From a virus (Duplodnaviria; Caudoviricetes), in the IMG/VR virus record IMGVR_UViG_2865512620_000005, positions 481-64,480 of that record: DNA of 64,000 nucleotides. The stretch is one strand, 5' to 3'. The stretch's first letter is position 1, and every line of letters starts with the position of its first letter. This document shows, piece by piece, positions 8,547 to 17,535 of this stretch. The notes below the pieces were generated by a model that was given only the letters and a program-made list of their open reading frames with translations, was not told the origin of the DNA and ran no database searches. A program made the position numbers and the translations under genes.

Positions 8547-9383
8547 ATGGGCATCACTGTCCAGACCACGAAGCTGATCGACATCCTGTCCGACGCGTTG
8601 CAGACCGCCAGCAACGACGTCGGCGGCGTCCACCTGACCACCACGAGGGCGCCCTGGCGCGACGAACCCAGCGACGTCGACCTGCTCGCCGCATCGTCCA
8701 CCAACAGGTACGTGCTCGGGCACACGTGGATTCCCTGCGATGGCCGCATCGACCCCATGGTGTGGCCGTGCGAGTCCGTCGCCAACGTGCTGTCGCTGAT
8801 CAAGTCATGGAAGAAAATCAAGGGCGACCAGCACACCGTCGACATCAGCCTGGTGCTCGCCGATCCACCGGAGGACGGCAAGGACGACGAGCACCCCGGC
8901 TGGACGGTCACACTCGCTGAGACGCCAGCATTGTTCGACTCGGACAATGAGTTTCAGTTCCACGCGCACCACGAAACGAAGTTCCCGATCAGCATCGTGC
9001 ACCGGATCGGCACCGACACGTTCGTCACGAAAGAGGACTACGCCGAGGTACCGCTGACCCTTTGGTCGGCGACAGTGCTGGCTCCGCTGGTGGCCGTAGC
9101 CAGGCGCCGCAACATGCAGATCCAGATGTTCCGGTCGCCGACTCGACTGCTGCAGATCGTGCAGATCGGCGACACGTGGATCGGCATCGCGATGCCGGGC
9201 ACGCCTGTGCCCGGCGATGCGACGGACGGCCCCAGCATCGAGCCCGTCCTGGCCGCTGACGCCGATCTGGTTGCGGCGCTGCGCGACATGAAGGCGAGCG
9301 GTGTGTCCGTGTCGGTGGAGAACCCACAGACGGAGCTGGGCGGGATCATCGCCGACGCCGCCGCGAAGGTGAGCGACCAGTGA
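8547..9383 (+). CDS. Hypothetical protein (possibly sliding-clamp-like fold)
   Basis: GAAAGGA RBS, 278 aa; fold guess is weak. Confidence 0.6.
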   Translation: MGITVQTTKLIDILSDALQTASNDVGGVHLTTTRAPWRDEPSDVDLLAASSTNRYVLGHTWIPCDGRIDPMVWPCESVANVLSLIKSWKKIKGDQHTVDISLVLADPPEDGKDDEHPGWTVTLAETPALFDSDNEFQFHAHHETKFPISIVHRIGTDTFVTKEDYAEVPLTLWSATVLAPLVAVARRRNMQIQMFRSPTRLLQIVQIGDTWIGIAMPGTPVPGDATDGPSIEPVLAADADLVAALRDMKASGVSVSVENPQTELGGIIADAAAKVSDQ

Positions 9384-9814
9384 CCGCCCCGACACTGCCA
9401 GGGGCCGACGCCTCGGTGCGGTTCTTCGTGCCGGGGAAGGCCGCCCCGCAGGGCAGCAAGCGGCACGTCGGGCGCGGCATCTTGGTCGAGTCGTCGAAAG
9501 AGGTTGGGCCGTGGCGTGAACGCGTCGCCCTGGCCGCGCACCAGGCGATGGCTGGCCGGCCGCTGTTCGGCGGCGCAGTGACGGTGTCGCTGAACTTCGT
9601 GATGCCGCGCCCGAAGTCGGCGCCGAAGACCAGGACCCCGGCGGCGGTGAGAAGGCCGGATATCGACAAGCTCTCGAGGGCCTGTCTCGATGCCTTGACG
9701 GACGTATGTTTTTCCGACGATTCGCAGGTCATCGGCCTATCCGCGTACAAGCGGCTCGCTGAGATCGGGGAGACGGCGGGCGTCGAGATCCGAGTGGAAG
9801 GCGACGAACTGTGA
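9380..9814 (+). CDS. rusA: RusA-like Holliday junction resolvase
   Basis: PGKAAPQGSKR, RPDIDKLSRACLDALT..DDSQV. Confidence 0.92.
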   Translation: MTAPTLPGADASVRFFVPGKAAPQGSKRHVGRGILVESSKEVGPWRERVALAAHQAMAGRPLFGGAVTVSLNFVMPRPKSAPKTRTPAAVRRPDIDKLSRACLDALTDVCFSDDSQVIGLSAYKRLAEIGETAGVEIRVEGDEL

Positions 9815-10056
9815 TGCTGCAGTGGACATCCCACGACCACATCATCGGCACCCAGACCGCGGTTGGGATGCGCGGCGTGTACAGCGTGCAACGAGTCGGC
9901 CCGGAGTGGATCCTGCAGGGCCAGGGCCACGACGGTCTCACGATGCTCGCCATCCCGGTCGAGGGGAAGGCGTTCGCGTCGCTGGACTCGGCGAAGACGT
10001 GGGCCGGCGAACTGGACCGCGTCAAAGCCGTTGAAGCCCAGGCGAGTGGGTGCTGA
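9811..10056 (+). CDS. Hypothetical protein
   Basis: Coupled ORF. Confidence 0.55.
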   Translation: MMLQWTSHDHIIGTQTAVGMRGVYSVQRVGPEWILQGQGHDGLTMLAIPVEGKAFASLDSAKTWAGELDRVKAVEAQASGC

Positions 10057-10265
10057 TGGCGACCGTTCGGGAGTTCCTGCGCGACAGCATCGCCGACATC
10101 ATCGCGGCATTGGATGAGCACGAGGCCGGGCTGTACGACCGGCAGACGCCCGTGATCTACCGGTGCCAGTGCGGATTCCGTGGCCACCAACAGGAGTGGG
10201 AGCAACACGTCGCGGAACGCATGGCCTGCAAATTCGACGACCAGACGGAGCTGACCCTGCTATGA
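10056..10265 (+). CDS. Small Zn-binding hypothetical protein
   Basis: CQCG...WEQHVAE, similar to the protein at 13096-13353. Confidence 0.55.
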   Translation: MATVREFLRDSIADIIAALDEHEAGLYDRQTPVIYRCQCGFRGHQQEWEQHVAERMACKFDDQTELTLL

Positions 10266-10555
10266 ACACCTGCGAAGACCAGTCCGAACCGCTCGGTGAG
10301 AGCCCCGATGTCCCGGCCCGGTACGACGCCGGCATCGGCACCGTTCTGGCCGCGATAGACCGTGGCGCGACTCTGGGCATCCTTTCGGCCGCCGATGAGG
10401 TGTTGGCCACTAAGCAGCTCGCCGAACGACAAGGCCGGGCGATCAACGCTGTTCGGGAACTGCACACCGAGTCGACCTATTGGAAGAACTGCTGCGAATG
10501 CCATGACTCGTGGCCCTGCGCCACCATCCGCGCGATCGACGAGGCGTGCGCGTGA
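10262..10555 (+). CDS. Hypothetical phage protein
   Basis: VRELH..CCECHDSWPCATIRAI. Confidence 0.6.
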   Translation: MNTCEDQSEPLGESPDVPARYDAGIGTVLAAIDRGATLGILSAADEVLATKQLAERQGRAINAVRELHTESTYWKNCCECHDSWPCATIRAIDEACA

Positions 10556-10743
10556 TGGGCTCATTGGACGATCGCAAAGTCGAGATTGTCGACACCGATG
10601 AGACGGGTCTTGCCATCCTCGTGTACCCGGACGGCAAGACCCGGTTCCGCACCGATCAGTCCCTGGCGTGGGTCGCGGAAACCCTGCAGACGCTCACCGA
10701 TTCGGTGCGCGCCAAGATCGAACGCGAGGCCCCGAAATGCTGA
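10555..10743 (+). CDS. Hypothetical protein
   Basis: Coupled ORF. Confidence 0.5.
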   Translation: MGSLDDRKVEIVDTDETGLAILVYPDGKTRFRTDQSLAWVAETLQTLTDSVRAKIEREAPKC

Positions 10744-12248
10744 CCCTCACCGATCTGTTCTGCGGCGCTGGGGGATCGAGCACCGGGGCCATCGCGGTCC
10801 CTGGCGTCTCGGTCCGGATCGCGTCGAACCACTGGGATCTCGCGGTGGAGACGCACAACACGAACCACCCCGACGCGGATCACCTGTGCGCGGATATCTC
10901 GCAGACCGACCCACGAAGGTTCCCACGCACCGACATCCTGTGGGCCAGCCCCGAGTGCACGAATCACAGTGTGGCCAAGGGCAAGAAAAAGCTGATCCAG
11001 GCCGACCTGTTCACCGAGGAACCGCCGCTGCCGGACGAAGCGGCCGAGCGGTCCCGCGCCACCATGTGGGATGTGCCGCGGTTCGCCGAGGCGCATGGCT
11101 ACCGATCGATCATCGTCGAGAACGTCGTGGACGCGATCGAGTGGGCGCCAGAGTGGTCACCCGACAAGGGCTGCCTGTTCCGGTCCTGGCTGTCCGCGAT
11201 GGACAACATGGGCTACGACCACCAGATCGTGTTCCTGAACAGCATGCACGCGCAGCTGCTCGGCCTCGGGGCCCCGCAGTCCCGCGATCGGATGTACGTG
11301 TTGTTCTGGCGCCGCGGCAACCGGCGGCCCGACGTCGAACGCGTCACCCGGCCTGAAGCTATTTGCCCGAAGTGCGGCCCGGTGCGGGCAATGCAGGCGT
11401 TCAAACCGGGCGGGTCGCCGAAGGCGAACTACCGCCGCCAGTACGTCTACCGATGCCCCAACACGTCGTGCCGCAACGCGACTGTCGAGCCCAGCGTCCG
11501 CGCTGCTGAGGAGATCATCGACTGGTCGCTGGAAGGCAAGCTGCTCTACGACCGGCCGCTGAAAAAGTTCGTCATCAAGGCCACAGGCGAAGAGGTGTGG
11601 TTGCCGCTCGCACCGTCGACGATGGAACGCGTCCGCGCCGGCATCGACCGCTATTGGTCGCCGCTACTGGTCCCGGTGGAGGGGCGCGCCGGTAAGCACG
11701 CCCAGCCGGTGTCGTCGCCGTCGCGGACGATGACGACCCGCAACGAGACAGGGCTGGCGTTCGTCGCCGAGCTGCGCGGCGGCGGGTCTGATGCCCGACA
11801 GGTGACCGATCCTCTGGCCACGGTTACAGCGTCGGGCAATCACCACGCTCTGGTGACGACGTTCTACGGCAATGGAGGCACTGTGCGGGCGGCCAGCCCG
11901 CTGCCGACGGTGTCGACGGTCGAGAAGCACGCGTTGATCATGCGGAACAACACCGCGCGCGGCGACCAAGGGCAGATGACCACGCCGGCCGCTGAGCCGA
12001 TCCGGACCGTGACGACGACGGGCCATCAGTCGCTGCTGACCGCGGACCAGCCGACCGTCGACCTGCGTGATGTTCGATTCCGGATGTTGGAGCCCAGGGA
12101 AATCATTGCGGCGATGGACTTTCCGTCCGACTACGTGGTCTTGGGTGATCGTCGGGAACAAGTGAAGTTGGCCGGCAACGCGGTGACGCCGCCGGCCGCG
12201 CGGGATCTCGTCGGTGTCGTGGCCGAGTCGCTCGGGGTGGTCGCGTGA
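10737..12248 (+). CDS. DNA cytosine-5 methyltransferase
   Basis: DLFCGAGG (motif I), SPEC (IV), ENV (VI), QSRDR (VIII), GNAV (X). Confidence 0.93.
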   Translation: MLTLTDLFCGAGGSSTGAIAVPGVSVRIASNHWDLAVETHNTNHPDADHLCADISQTDPRRFPRTDILWASPECTNHSVAKGKKKLIQADLFTEEPPLPDEAAERSRATMWDVPRFAEAHGYRSIIVENVVDAIEWAPEWSPDKGCLFRSWLSAMDNMGYDHQIVFLNSMHAQLLGLGAPQSRDRMYVLFWRRGNRRPDVERVTRPEAICPKCGPVRAMQAFKPGGSPKANYRRQYVYRCPNTSCRNATVEPSVRAAEEIIDWSLEGKLLYDRPLKKFVIKATGEEVWLPLAPSTMERVRAGIDRYWSPLLVPVEGRAGKHAQPVSSPSRTMTTRNETGLAFVAELRGGGSDARQVTDPLATVTASGNHHALVTTFYGNGGTVRAASPLPTVSTVEKHALIMRNNTARGDQGQMTTPAAEPIRTVTTTGHQSLLTADQPTVDLRDVRFRMLEPREIIAAMDFPSDYVVLGDRREQVKLAGNAVTPPAARDLVGVVAESLGVVA

Positions 12249-13099
12249 CCGCCCCGCCGATGGCGTACTACGGCGGCAAGACACGGCTGGCCACGAAGAT
12301 CGCCGCGCTGCTGCCGGCGCACGAGCACTACGTTGAGCCGTTCGCGGGAGGCCTCTCCGTTTTGCTCGCGAAGCGACCGAGCCGGATGGAAACCGTCAAC
12401 GATCTCGACGGTCTGCTGATGACATTCTGGCGAGTACTCCGCAACCAACCAGAGCAGCTGGCCCGGGCGTGCGCGCTCACCCCGCACTCGCGCGCCGAGC
12501 ACGCACTTACCCGCGGCGCGATCCTTGACGGGCTCGACGACGTCGAGATCGCCCGCCTCGTGTGGGTGCAGATCACGCAATCCCGTGGCGGCACCATGCG
12601 ATCTAGTACCGGGTGGAGGTATTACGTAAACCCGGGCGGCAACTCGACCGGCATGCCGGGCTACCTCGCCGCCTACGTCGACCGGATGGCCGCAGCTGCC
12701 GAACGTCTCCACCACGTCAGCCTGGAGAGCAAACCAGCCCTCGAAATCATCGCGGCCTACGGTTCGCACCCGAAGTGCTGCCTGTACGTCGACCCGCCAT
12801 ATCTCGGCGCCACGCGCAGCACACGAGGTGGCGGCAACGGGTACCGGATCGACATGCCAGAGCACAGCGACCACGTCGAGCTGCTCTGGGCGCTCATGGC
12901 TTGCCAGGCGTCGGTGGTGCTGTCCGGCTATCCGTCCGACCTCTACGAGACCGCGCTCAAGGGATGGGACCGCATCGAGATCCCGCACATGACCGGCCAA
13001 GGCAATGGCGCCAATCAGGGCCGCACCGAAGTGATTTGGTCGAACCGGCCGATCAGCGATCAGCGATCACTGTTCGACGTCGACGGGCGCACGTCATGA
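12245..13099 (+). CDS. DNA adenine methyltransferase (Dam/D12 class)
   Basis: YYGGKTRL, YVEPFAGG, NDLD, VDPPY. Confidence 0.93.
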   Translation: MTAPPMAYYGGKTRLATKIAALLPAHEHYVEPFAGGLSVLLAKRPSRMETVNDLDGLLMTFWRVLRNQPEQLARACALTPHSRAEHALTRGAILDGLDDVEIARLVWVQITQSRGGTMRSSTGWRYYVNPGGNSTGMPGYLAAYVDRMAAAAERLHHVSLESKPALEIIAAYGSHPKCCLYVDPPYLGATRSTRGGGNGYRIDMPEHSDHVELLWALMACQASVVLSGYPSDLYETALKGWDRIEIPHMTGQGNGANQGRTEVIWSNRPISDQRSLFDVDGRTS

Positions 13100-13353
13100 C
13101 GGTCGATGAGTTGGTGGCGGTCCTGCGTGTTCATCAGGGCCCGTTCTTTCATGGCACGCACACGCGGTGTGGGTGTCGGCGGATCGTGCAGACCGCCGAC
13201 GAGTGGACCCGGCACGTAGCCGAGGAGATCCAGCGCGCTTCAGGGGTATGCGCGTGGTGTTCTGCCCCGGCGTGTGGCGACGCGCTTCACAACGACGGGT
13301 GTCGCCATCCATCCTGCGGCGCGGCAGATCACGGACAGGACTTCCGGTCGTGA
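13096..13353 (+). CDS. Small Cys/His-rich hypothetical protein
   Basis: CGC..WTRHVAEEI..CAWC. Confidence 0.55.
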   Translation: MTVDELVAVLRVHQGPFFHGTHTRCGCRRIVQTADEWTRHVAEEIQRASGVCAWCSAPACGDALHNDGCRHPSCGAADHGQDFRS

Positions 13354-13417
13354 CCGCGGAATCGATGTTCCGACACCGTTATAGACGACGCACCACCGGA
13401 TCAACCAGGAGGACACG

Positions 13418-13675
13418 ATGAGCGACCCAGCAGTCGAAGCCGCACAACGGGCCGAACAGGCGTCGGGCTGGTGGAAGTCGGGCCACTCGACGCCATGGGA
13501 TGCGGGTTACGCCGTGGACGCTGCCCGTGAGGCGTTGCGGCCGATACGCGAACTGCACCGCGAACTATCCGTGTCCGCACTGGACGAGGACGCCGAGGTC
13601 GAGCACGGGATGCGCCTCGTGCTCGACAACCTCGCACCACTGATCTATTCAACCGAGGAGCTGATGGAACGATGA
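13418..13675 (+). CDS. Hypothetical phage protein
   Basis: AGGAGG RBS; MSDPAVEAAQRA..AAREALRPIRELH. Confidence 0.7.
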   Translation: MSDPAVEAAQRAEQASGWWKSGHSTPWDAGYAVDAAREALRPIRELHRELSVSALDEDAEVEHGMRLVLDNLAPLIYSTEELMER

Positions 13676-14790
13676 GCGACAACACCGGCATCGAATGGAC
13701 CGACGCCACATGGAATGTCGTGATCGGATGCGACAAGGTGAGTCCGGGCTGCGACCACTGCTACGCGATCCGCACGGCGCACCGGATGCAGTCGAATCCG
13801 AACCCGAAGGTAGTCGAACCGTACGCGGGCACCGAGTCTGGTGGTGAGTGGACGGGACGCGTCAATCTCGTCGAGGATCGGCTGTCGTTGCCGCTGCAGT
13901 GGAAGCGCCCGCGGCGGATCTTCGTCAACGCGCAGTCCGACCTGTTCCACGACCAGGTGCCCGACGAGTACATCGCGAAGGTGTTCGCGATCATGCTTCT
14001 CGCGCAACGCCACACCTTCCAGGTGCTCACTAAGCGCCACGGTCGGATGCGGTCGCTGCTGAACAGCCACGCCTTCTGGACGCGCGTCCTCTACGAAGCG
14101 CTCGACCCCGGATTACCGGCCGGAGATCGTGACGGGCTGCAGCTCAGCCTTCACTACCTGCCAAACGTGTGGCTCGGCGTCTCCACCGAAAACCAGCAGT
14201 GGGCCGACATCCGCATCCCCGCGCTGCTCGACACCCCGGCCGCCGTCCGGTTCATCAGCGCCGAACCACTTCTTGGACCCATCGATCTGCTCAACGTCGC
14301 GCGCCGCAATGTCCTCACCGGGGTGGGCAATCGGATCGCGATGACCACGCTGCGGTCGCCCCGGGAGACGCACATCATCACCCCCGCATGCCTCGACTGG
14401 GTGATCACCGGCGGTGAGTCGGGGCCAGGTGCGAGACCCGCTCACCCGCAATGGTTCCGCTCGATTCGAGACCAATGCCAGTCGGCTGGCGTCGCGTATC
14501 TGCACAAGCAGCACGGCGAGTGGATCGAGGACGTCACCGAGCACCCGGCTGATCCCGAGCTTGGCATCGATGAGCCCTATCGGGTGCTCAACGTGCCGAG
14601 TGATGCCAAGAGTGGCAACCGGTGCGCGATGCACCTGTCGGGCAGCATGGCGCTGACGCCTGATAACCCGTTCAACCCGTTCCGCGCCGGCCATGGCGGC
14701 TGGACCGCGATGCGCCGCGTCGGCAAGACCCGCGCTGGTCGCGTGCTCGATGGACGCACCTGGGACGAGTACCCGGGGGTGGCGGGGTGA
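13672..14790 (+). CDS. Phage Gp37/Gp68 (DUF5131) family protein
   Basis: TGIEWTDATWN..GCDKVSPGCDHCYA, SDLFH, FQVLTKR, RFISAEPLLG, WVITGGESG. Confidence 0.9.
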   Translation: MSDNTGIEWTDATWNVVIGCDKVSPGCDHCYAIRTAHRMQSNPNPKVVEPYAGTESGGEWTGRVNLVEDRLSLPLQWKRPRRIFVNAQSDLFHDQVPDEYIAKVFAIMLLAQRHTFQVLTKRHGRMRSLLNSHAFWTRVLYEALDPGLPAGDRDGLQLSLHYLPNVWLGVSTENQQWADIRIPALLDTPAAVRFISAEPLLGPIDLLNVARRNVLTGVGNRIAMTTLRSPRETHIITPACLDWVITGGESGPGARPAHPQWFRSIRDQCQSAGVAYLHKQHGEWIEDVTEHPADPELGIDEPYRVLNVPSDAKSGNRCAMHLSGSMALTPDNPFNPFRAGHGGWTAMRRVGKTRAGRVLDGRTWDEYPGVAG

Positions 14791-14951
14791 TGGATGAAAT
14801 CGTGTGCGCGCTCTGCGATCACCCGCGGGACGACCACGGCGACGGTGTGGTGCACACCGGCTGCTGCCACCTACCGCCCGGGGCGCGACTCGACGAGATG
14901 TGCGACTGCCCCGGGTTCGAGCAACCCGCCGACGACGAAGTGGAGGACTGA
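14790..14951 (+). CDS. 53-aa Cys/His-rich protein
   Basis: MDEIVCALCDHPRDDH...CDCPGFE; TGATG coupling on both sides. Confidence 0.55.
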   Translation: MDEIVCALCDHPRDDHGDGVVHTGCCHLPPGARLDEMCDCPGFEQPADDEVED

Positions 14952-15292
14952 TGGCTCGGCTGATGTCGGTGTCGCTCACCGAGGCGCAGGTGGTCGCCCG
15001 CACCAAGGACGTGACGCGCCGCATGGGGTGGCTGATCCTCAAGCCCGGCGACCGTTTGACCCTGTGCCGCAAGGTGATGGGCCGCCGCAAGGGCGAACCG
15101 TTGGTGCGGATCACCGATGTCGAGGTGGTGTCGGTCCGGCGGGAACCGCTGAACCACATCGACCTCGACGACGTTGCACGCGAAGGCTTCCCCGAGCTGA
15201 CACCCGACGAGTTCTTGCGGTTCTTCTGCGACTCCCACAAGGGCTGCCGGCCCGACTCGATGGTCACCCGAATCGAGTGGCGCTATGTCTGA
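14951..15292 (+). CDS. ASCH/PUA-like domain protein
   Basis: KDVTRR..LKPGD...VEVVSVRREPL..DVAREGF...VTRIEW. Confidence 0.75.
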   Translation: MARLMSVSLTEAQVVARTKDVTRRMGWLILKPGDRLTLCRKVMGRRKGEPLVRITDVEVVSVRREPLNHIDLDDVAREGFPELTPDEFLRFFCDSHKGCRPDSMVTRIEWRYV

Positions 15293-15632
15293 ACTCGACC
15301 TCGATGAACTCGAAAACGCAACCCGCGGACTGGTGTACATGTCCGACGGCACCCGGGCGAGCGAGAAGCTGGGCCGCATCGTCGACGCGCACCGACTGCT
15401 GATCGCCGAGGTGCGTCGCCTGCGCCCGGCACTCATCGAGACCGTGGAGCAGCTCGACGCGCTGCCTGACCGCAGCATCGTCCACGAGTCGCACCGCGAC
15501 GTCGCATGGATGAAAGACGGTAGATACACGCCCAATGAACCGTGGTGGGCGACTGGGGCCGAAGTCGAGGAACCGGCGACCGCCATCGTGCTGCCCGTGC
15601 GCGTGCTCTACACACCGGAGCTTGACAGGTGA
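15285..15632 (+). CDS. Hypothetical phage protein
   Basis: IETVEQLDALP...LPVRVLYTP. Confidence 0.65.
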   Translation: MSELDLDELENATRGLVYMSDGTRASEKLGRIVDAHRLLIAEVRRLRPALIETVEQLDALPDRSIVHESHRDVAWMKDGRYTPNEPWWATGAEVEEPATAIVLPVRVLYTPELDR

Positions 15633-16588
15633 GCGCCTCGAGCGACCTGCTCGCTCAGCTCGAGCGGCACTACATCAAACCCTCGGCGCCGATGCCTGGC
15701 GGCGTGTTCCTCCCCGAAGTCGGGCAGAACGGCGGATGGGGCAACGGCAGCCGCTGCGACGCCATCTACGTCGGATTCACCAGCAGCAGCGGCCGAATCC
15801 TCATCGGCCACGAACTCAAGATCAGCCGCAGCGACTGGCTCAACGAACTGAACAAGCCCGGCAAGGCCGACGCCTGGGCCGACGAATGCCACGAATGGTG
15901 GCTCGTCGTCAACGATCCCGCGATTGTGCACGACAGCGAACTACCCGCCGGGTGGGGCCTCATGAGCCCGTCGCCGCGGTCGAAGAACCGCATGCAGGTC
16001 CACACCCAGGCCCACCGCAAGGACCCCCGCGTGCACCGGCCGGCGTGGAATGCGGTGCGCAGCATCATGGCCCGCCAGGACACACTGCGCGCCCAGGCCG
16101 CCGAGGCCTTGCGCCGCGACGCCCGCGAGGACGCGCGCCGCGACTTCGACAAGCAGGTGCAGGCTGCCGTCGACCGCCGCGTGGCCGCCGGTGGCCTGCA
16201 CGACGCCGCCCAGATCCGCGAGCGCCTCGCCCAGGTCGAACAGGCACTTGGCGCCAAGATCGATTTCACCGCCGGCGCGACTGATCGGTCGTCGGGTCGG
16301 TACGGGTGGAGCGGCGAGGTCACGCTCGCGCAGATCCGCGAGATCGCCGCAGCGGTCCGGGCGTTCGGCGACGTGCAGCGCGCGGTGTCGGCGCTGACCG
16401 ACCGGTGGGCCAACCCCGTCAAGAACACGCAGGGCGCACTCGACCGGCTCGGCGCGGCGCTCACCGAACTCGGCAAGGCCGGCCGCCCAGCGAAACCACC
16501 ACGGCCAGCACCAGGCTCGGCAGCTGCGGAGTCTCCACCCGCGGGTGCCCGGCCGTCATCGGACCTGTTCGACGAGATCCCGCTATGA
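15629..16588 (+). CDS. MmcB-like PD-(D/E)xK nuclease-domain protein
   Basis: PEV...RCDAI...GHELKISRSDWLNEL..PGKAD...ELPAGWGL. Confidence 0.7.
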   Translation: MSASSDLLAQLERHYIKPSAPMPGGVFLPEVGQNGGWGNGSRCDAIYVGFTSSSGRILIGHELKISRSDWLNELNKPGKADAWADECHEWWLVVNDPAIVHDSELPAGWGLMSPSPRSKNRMQVHTQAHRKDPRVHRPAWNAVRSIMARQDTLRAQAAEALRRDAREDARRDFDKQVQAAVDRRVAAGGLHDAAQIRERLAQVEQALGAKIDFTAGATDRSSGRYGWSGEVTLAQIREIAAAVRAFGDVQRAVSALTDRWANPVKNTQGALDRLGAALTELGKAGRPAKPPRPAPGSAAAESPPAGARPSSDLFDEIPL

Positions 16589-16875
16589 GCTCCGCGCCCG
16601 CGCAGCCCGACGATGCCGGCGAGCCGTGCCCGACGCCGGAGAAGCGCACCTACCGGTCGAAAGCCAAAGCCAACCGCTACCAACGCCGTCGTCGGCCACC
16701 CGCCGGGGAGAAGAAAGACCGGCTCTACCCCTACCTGTGCCCCTGCGGCGAGCACTGGCACCTCACCCACCAATCACCCGCGCAGCAGGCGCGTATCGCT
16801 GCCCGCATCGCCGCGCAAGCAGCAGCCGCAGCCGCTGCCCAGGCCGCACGAGACGAGGAGCGCGAAGCCTCATGA
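16585..16875 (+). CDS. Hypothetical protein, Zn-ribbon
   Basis: CPTPEKRTY...YPYLCPCGEHWHLTH. Confidence 0.65.
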   Translation: MSSAPAQPDDAGEPCPTPEKRTYRSKAKANRYQRRRRPPAGEKKDRLYPYLCPCGEHWHLTHQSPAQQARIAARIAAQAAAAAAAQAARDEEREAS

Positions 16876-17150
16876 CCACCACCGACCCGACATGGCGCGC
16901 CCGCGCCGGATGCCGCGATGAAGACCCAGAGCTGTTCTTCCCCAACGAAGCCGACGACGCCACCCGGGCCCGCGCCAAGGCCATCTGCGCCACCTGCCCC
17001 GTCGCCTTCCAATGCCTCGCCGACGCCAACGCCCGACGCGAACGCCACGGCATCTGGGGCGGATTCGAACGCACCGACAAGGGCCGCGCCCAACGACCAG
17101 TCGGCCGACCACCCAACGGGGGCCACCGCATCAGGAGTGGCGCCCAATGA
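16872..17150 (+). CDS. whiB: WhiB-family transcription factor
   Basis: WRARAGCRDEDPELFFP..AKAICATCPVAFQCL..GIWGG. Confidence 0.92.
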   Translation: MTTTDPTWRARAGCRDEDPELFFPNEADDATRARAKAICATCPVAFQCLADANARRERHGIWGGFERTDKGRAQRPVGRPPNGGHRIRSGAQ

Positions 17151-17314
17151 GCGACCCGAAGATCCGCCTGCTGTTCACCCGCGCCCAACTCATCGCCATG
17201 AAACGCTGCGCCGACTGCGGATGGCACCCACCAACACAGGGCCACCATCCCGACTGTCCCACAAAGGAACCCGAGCCTGCACCAGTCGGCTCTACCGTCC
17301 AACCCCGACCATGA
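17147..17314 (+). CDS. Small hypothetical protein
   Basis: MSDPKIRLLF..CADCGWHPPTQGHHPDC. Confidence 0.6.
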   Translation: MSDPKIRLLFTRAQLIAMKRCADCGWHPPTQGHHPDCPTKEPEPAPVGSTVQPRP

Positions 17315-17343
17315 GCCGCCAAGCCCCACCAGGAGCCGAAACG

Positions 17344-17535
17344 ATGACGGAACGTCGCTGGGCGACCGAAGGCGAAGCCTCAGACCACGCACGCGTCAGC
17401 GGAAACACGTTGCGCCGCTGGCGCGCCCAAGGCCGCATCACCGGCTACAAAGTCGGTCGCACCGTCCGCTACGACCTCAACGAAATCGACGCCATGCTCA
17501 CCGCCACCACCACCGCAGAGGCAGCAGCACAGTGA
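17344..17535 (+). CDS. MerR/excisionase-like HTH protein
   Basis: VSGNTLRRWRAQGRITGYKVGRTVRYDLNEIDA. Confidence 0.8.
   Translation: MTERRWATEGEASDHARVSGNTLRRWRAQGRITGYKVGRTVRYDLNEIDAMLTATTTAEAAAQ

Noticed and set aside
13359-13372. Possible LexA SOS box (GAATCGATGTTC)
   Set aside because: It mismatches the mycobacterial TCGAAC-N4-GTTCGA consensus at several positions.
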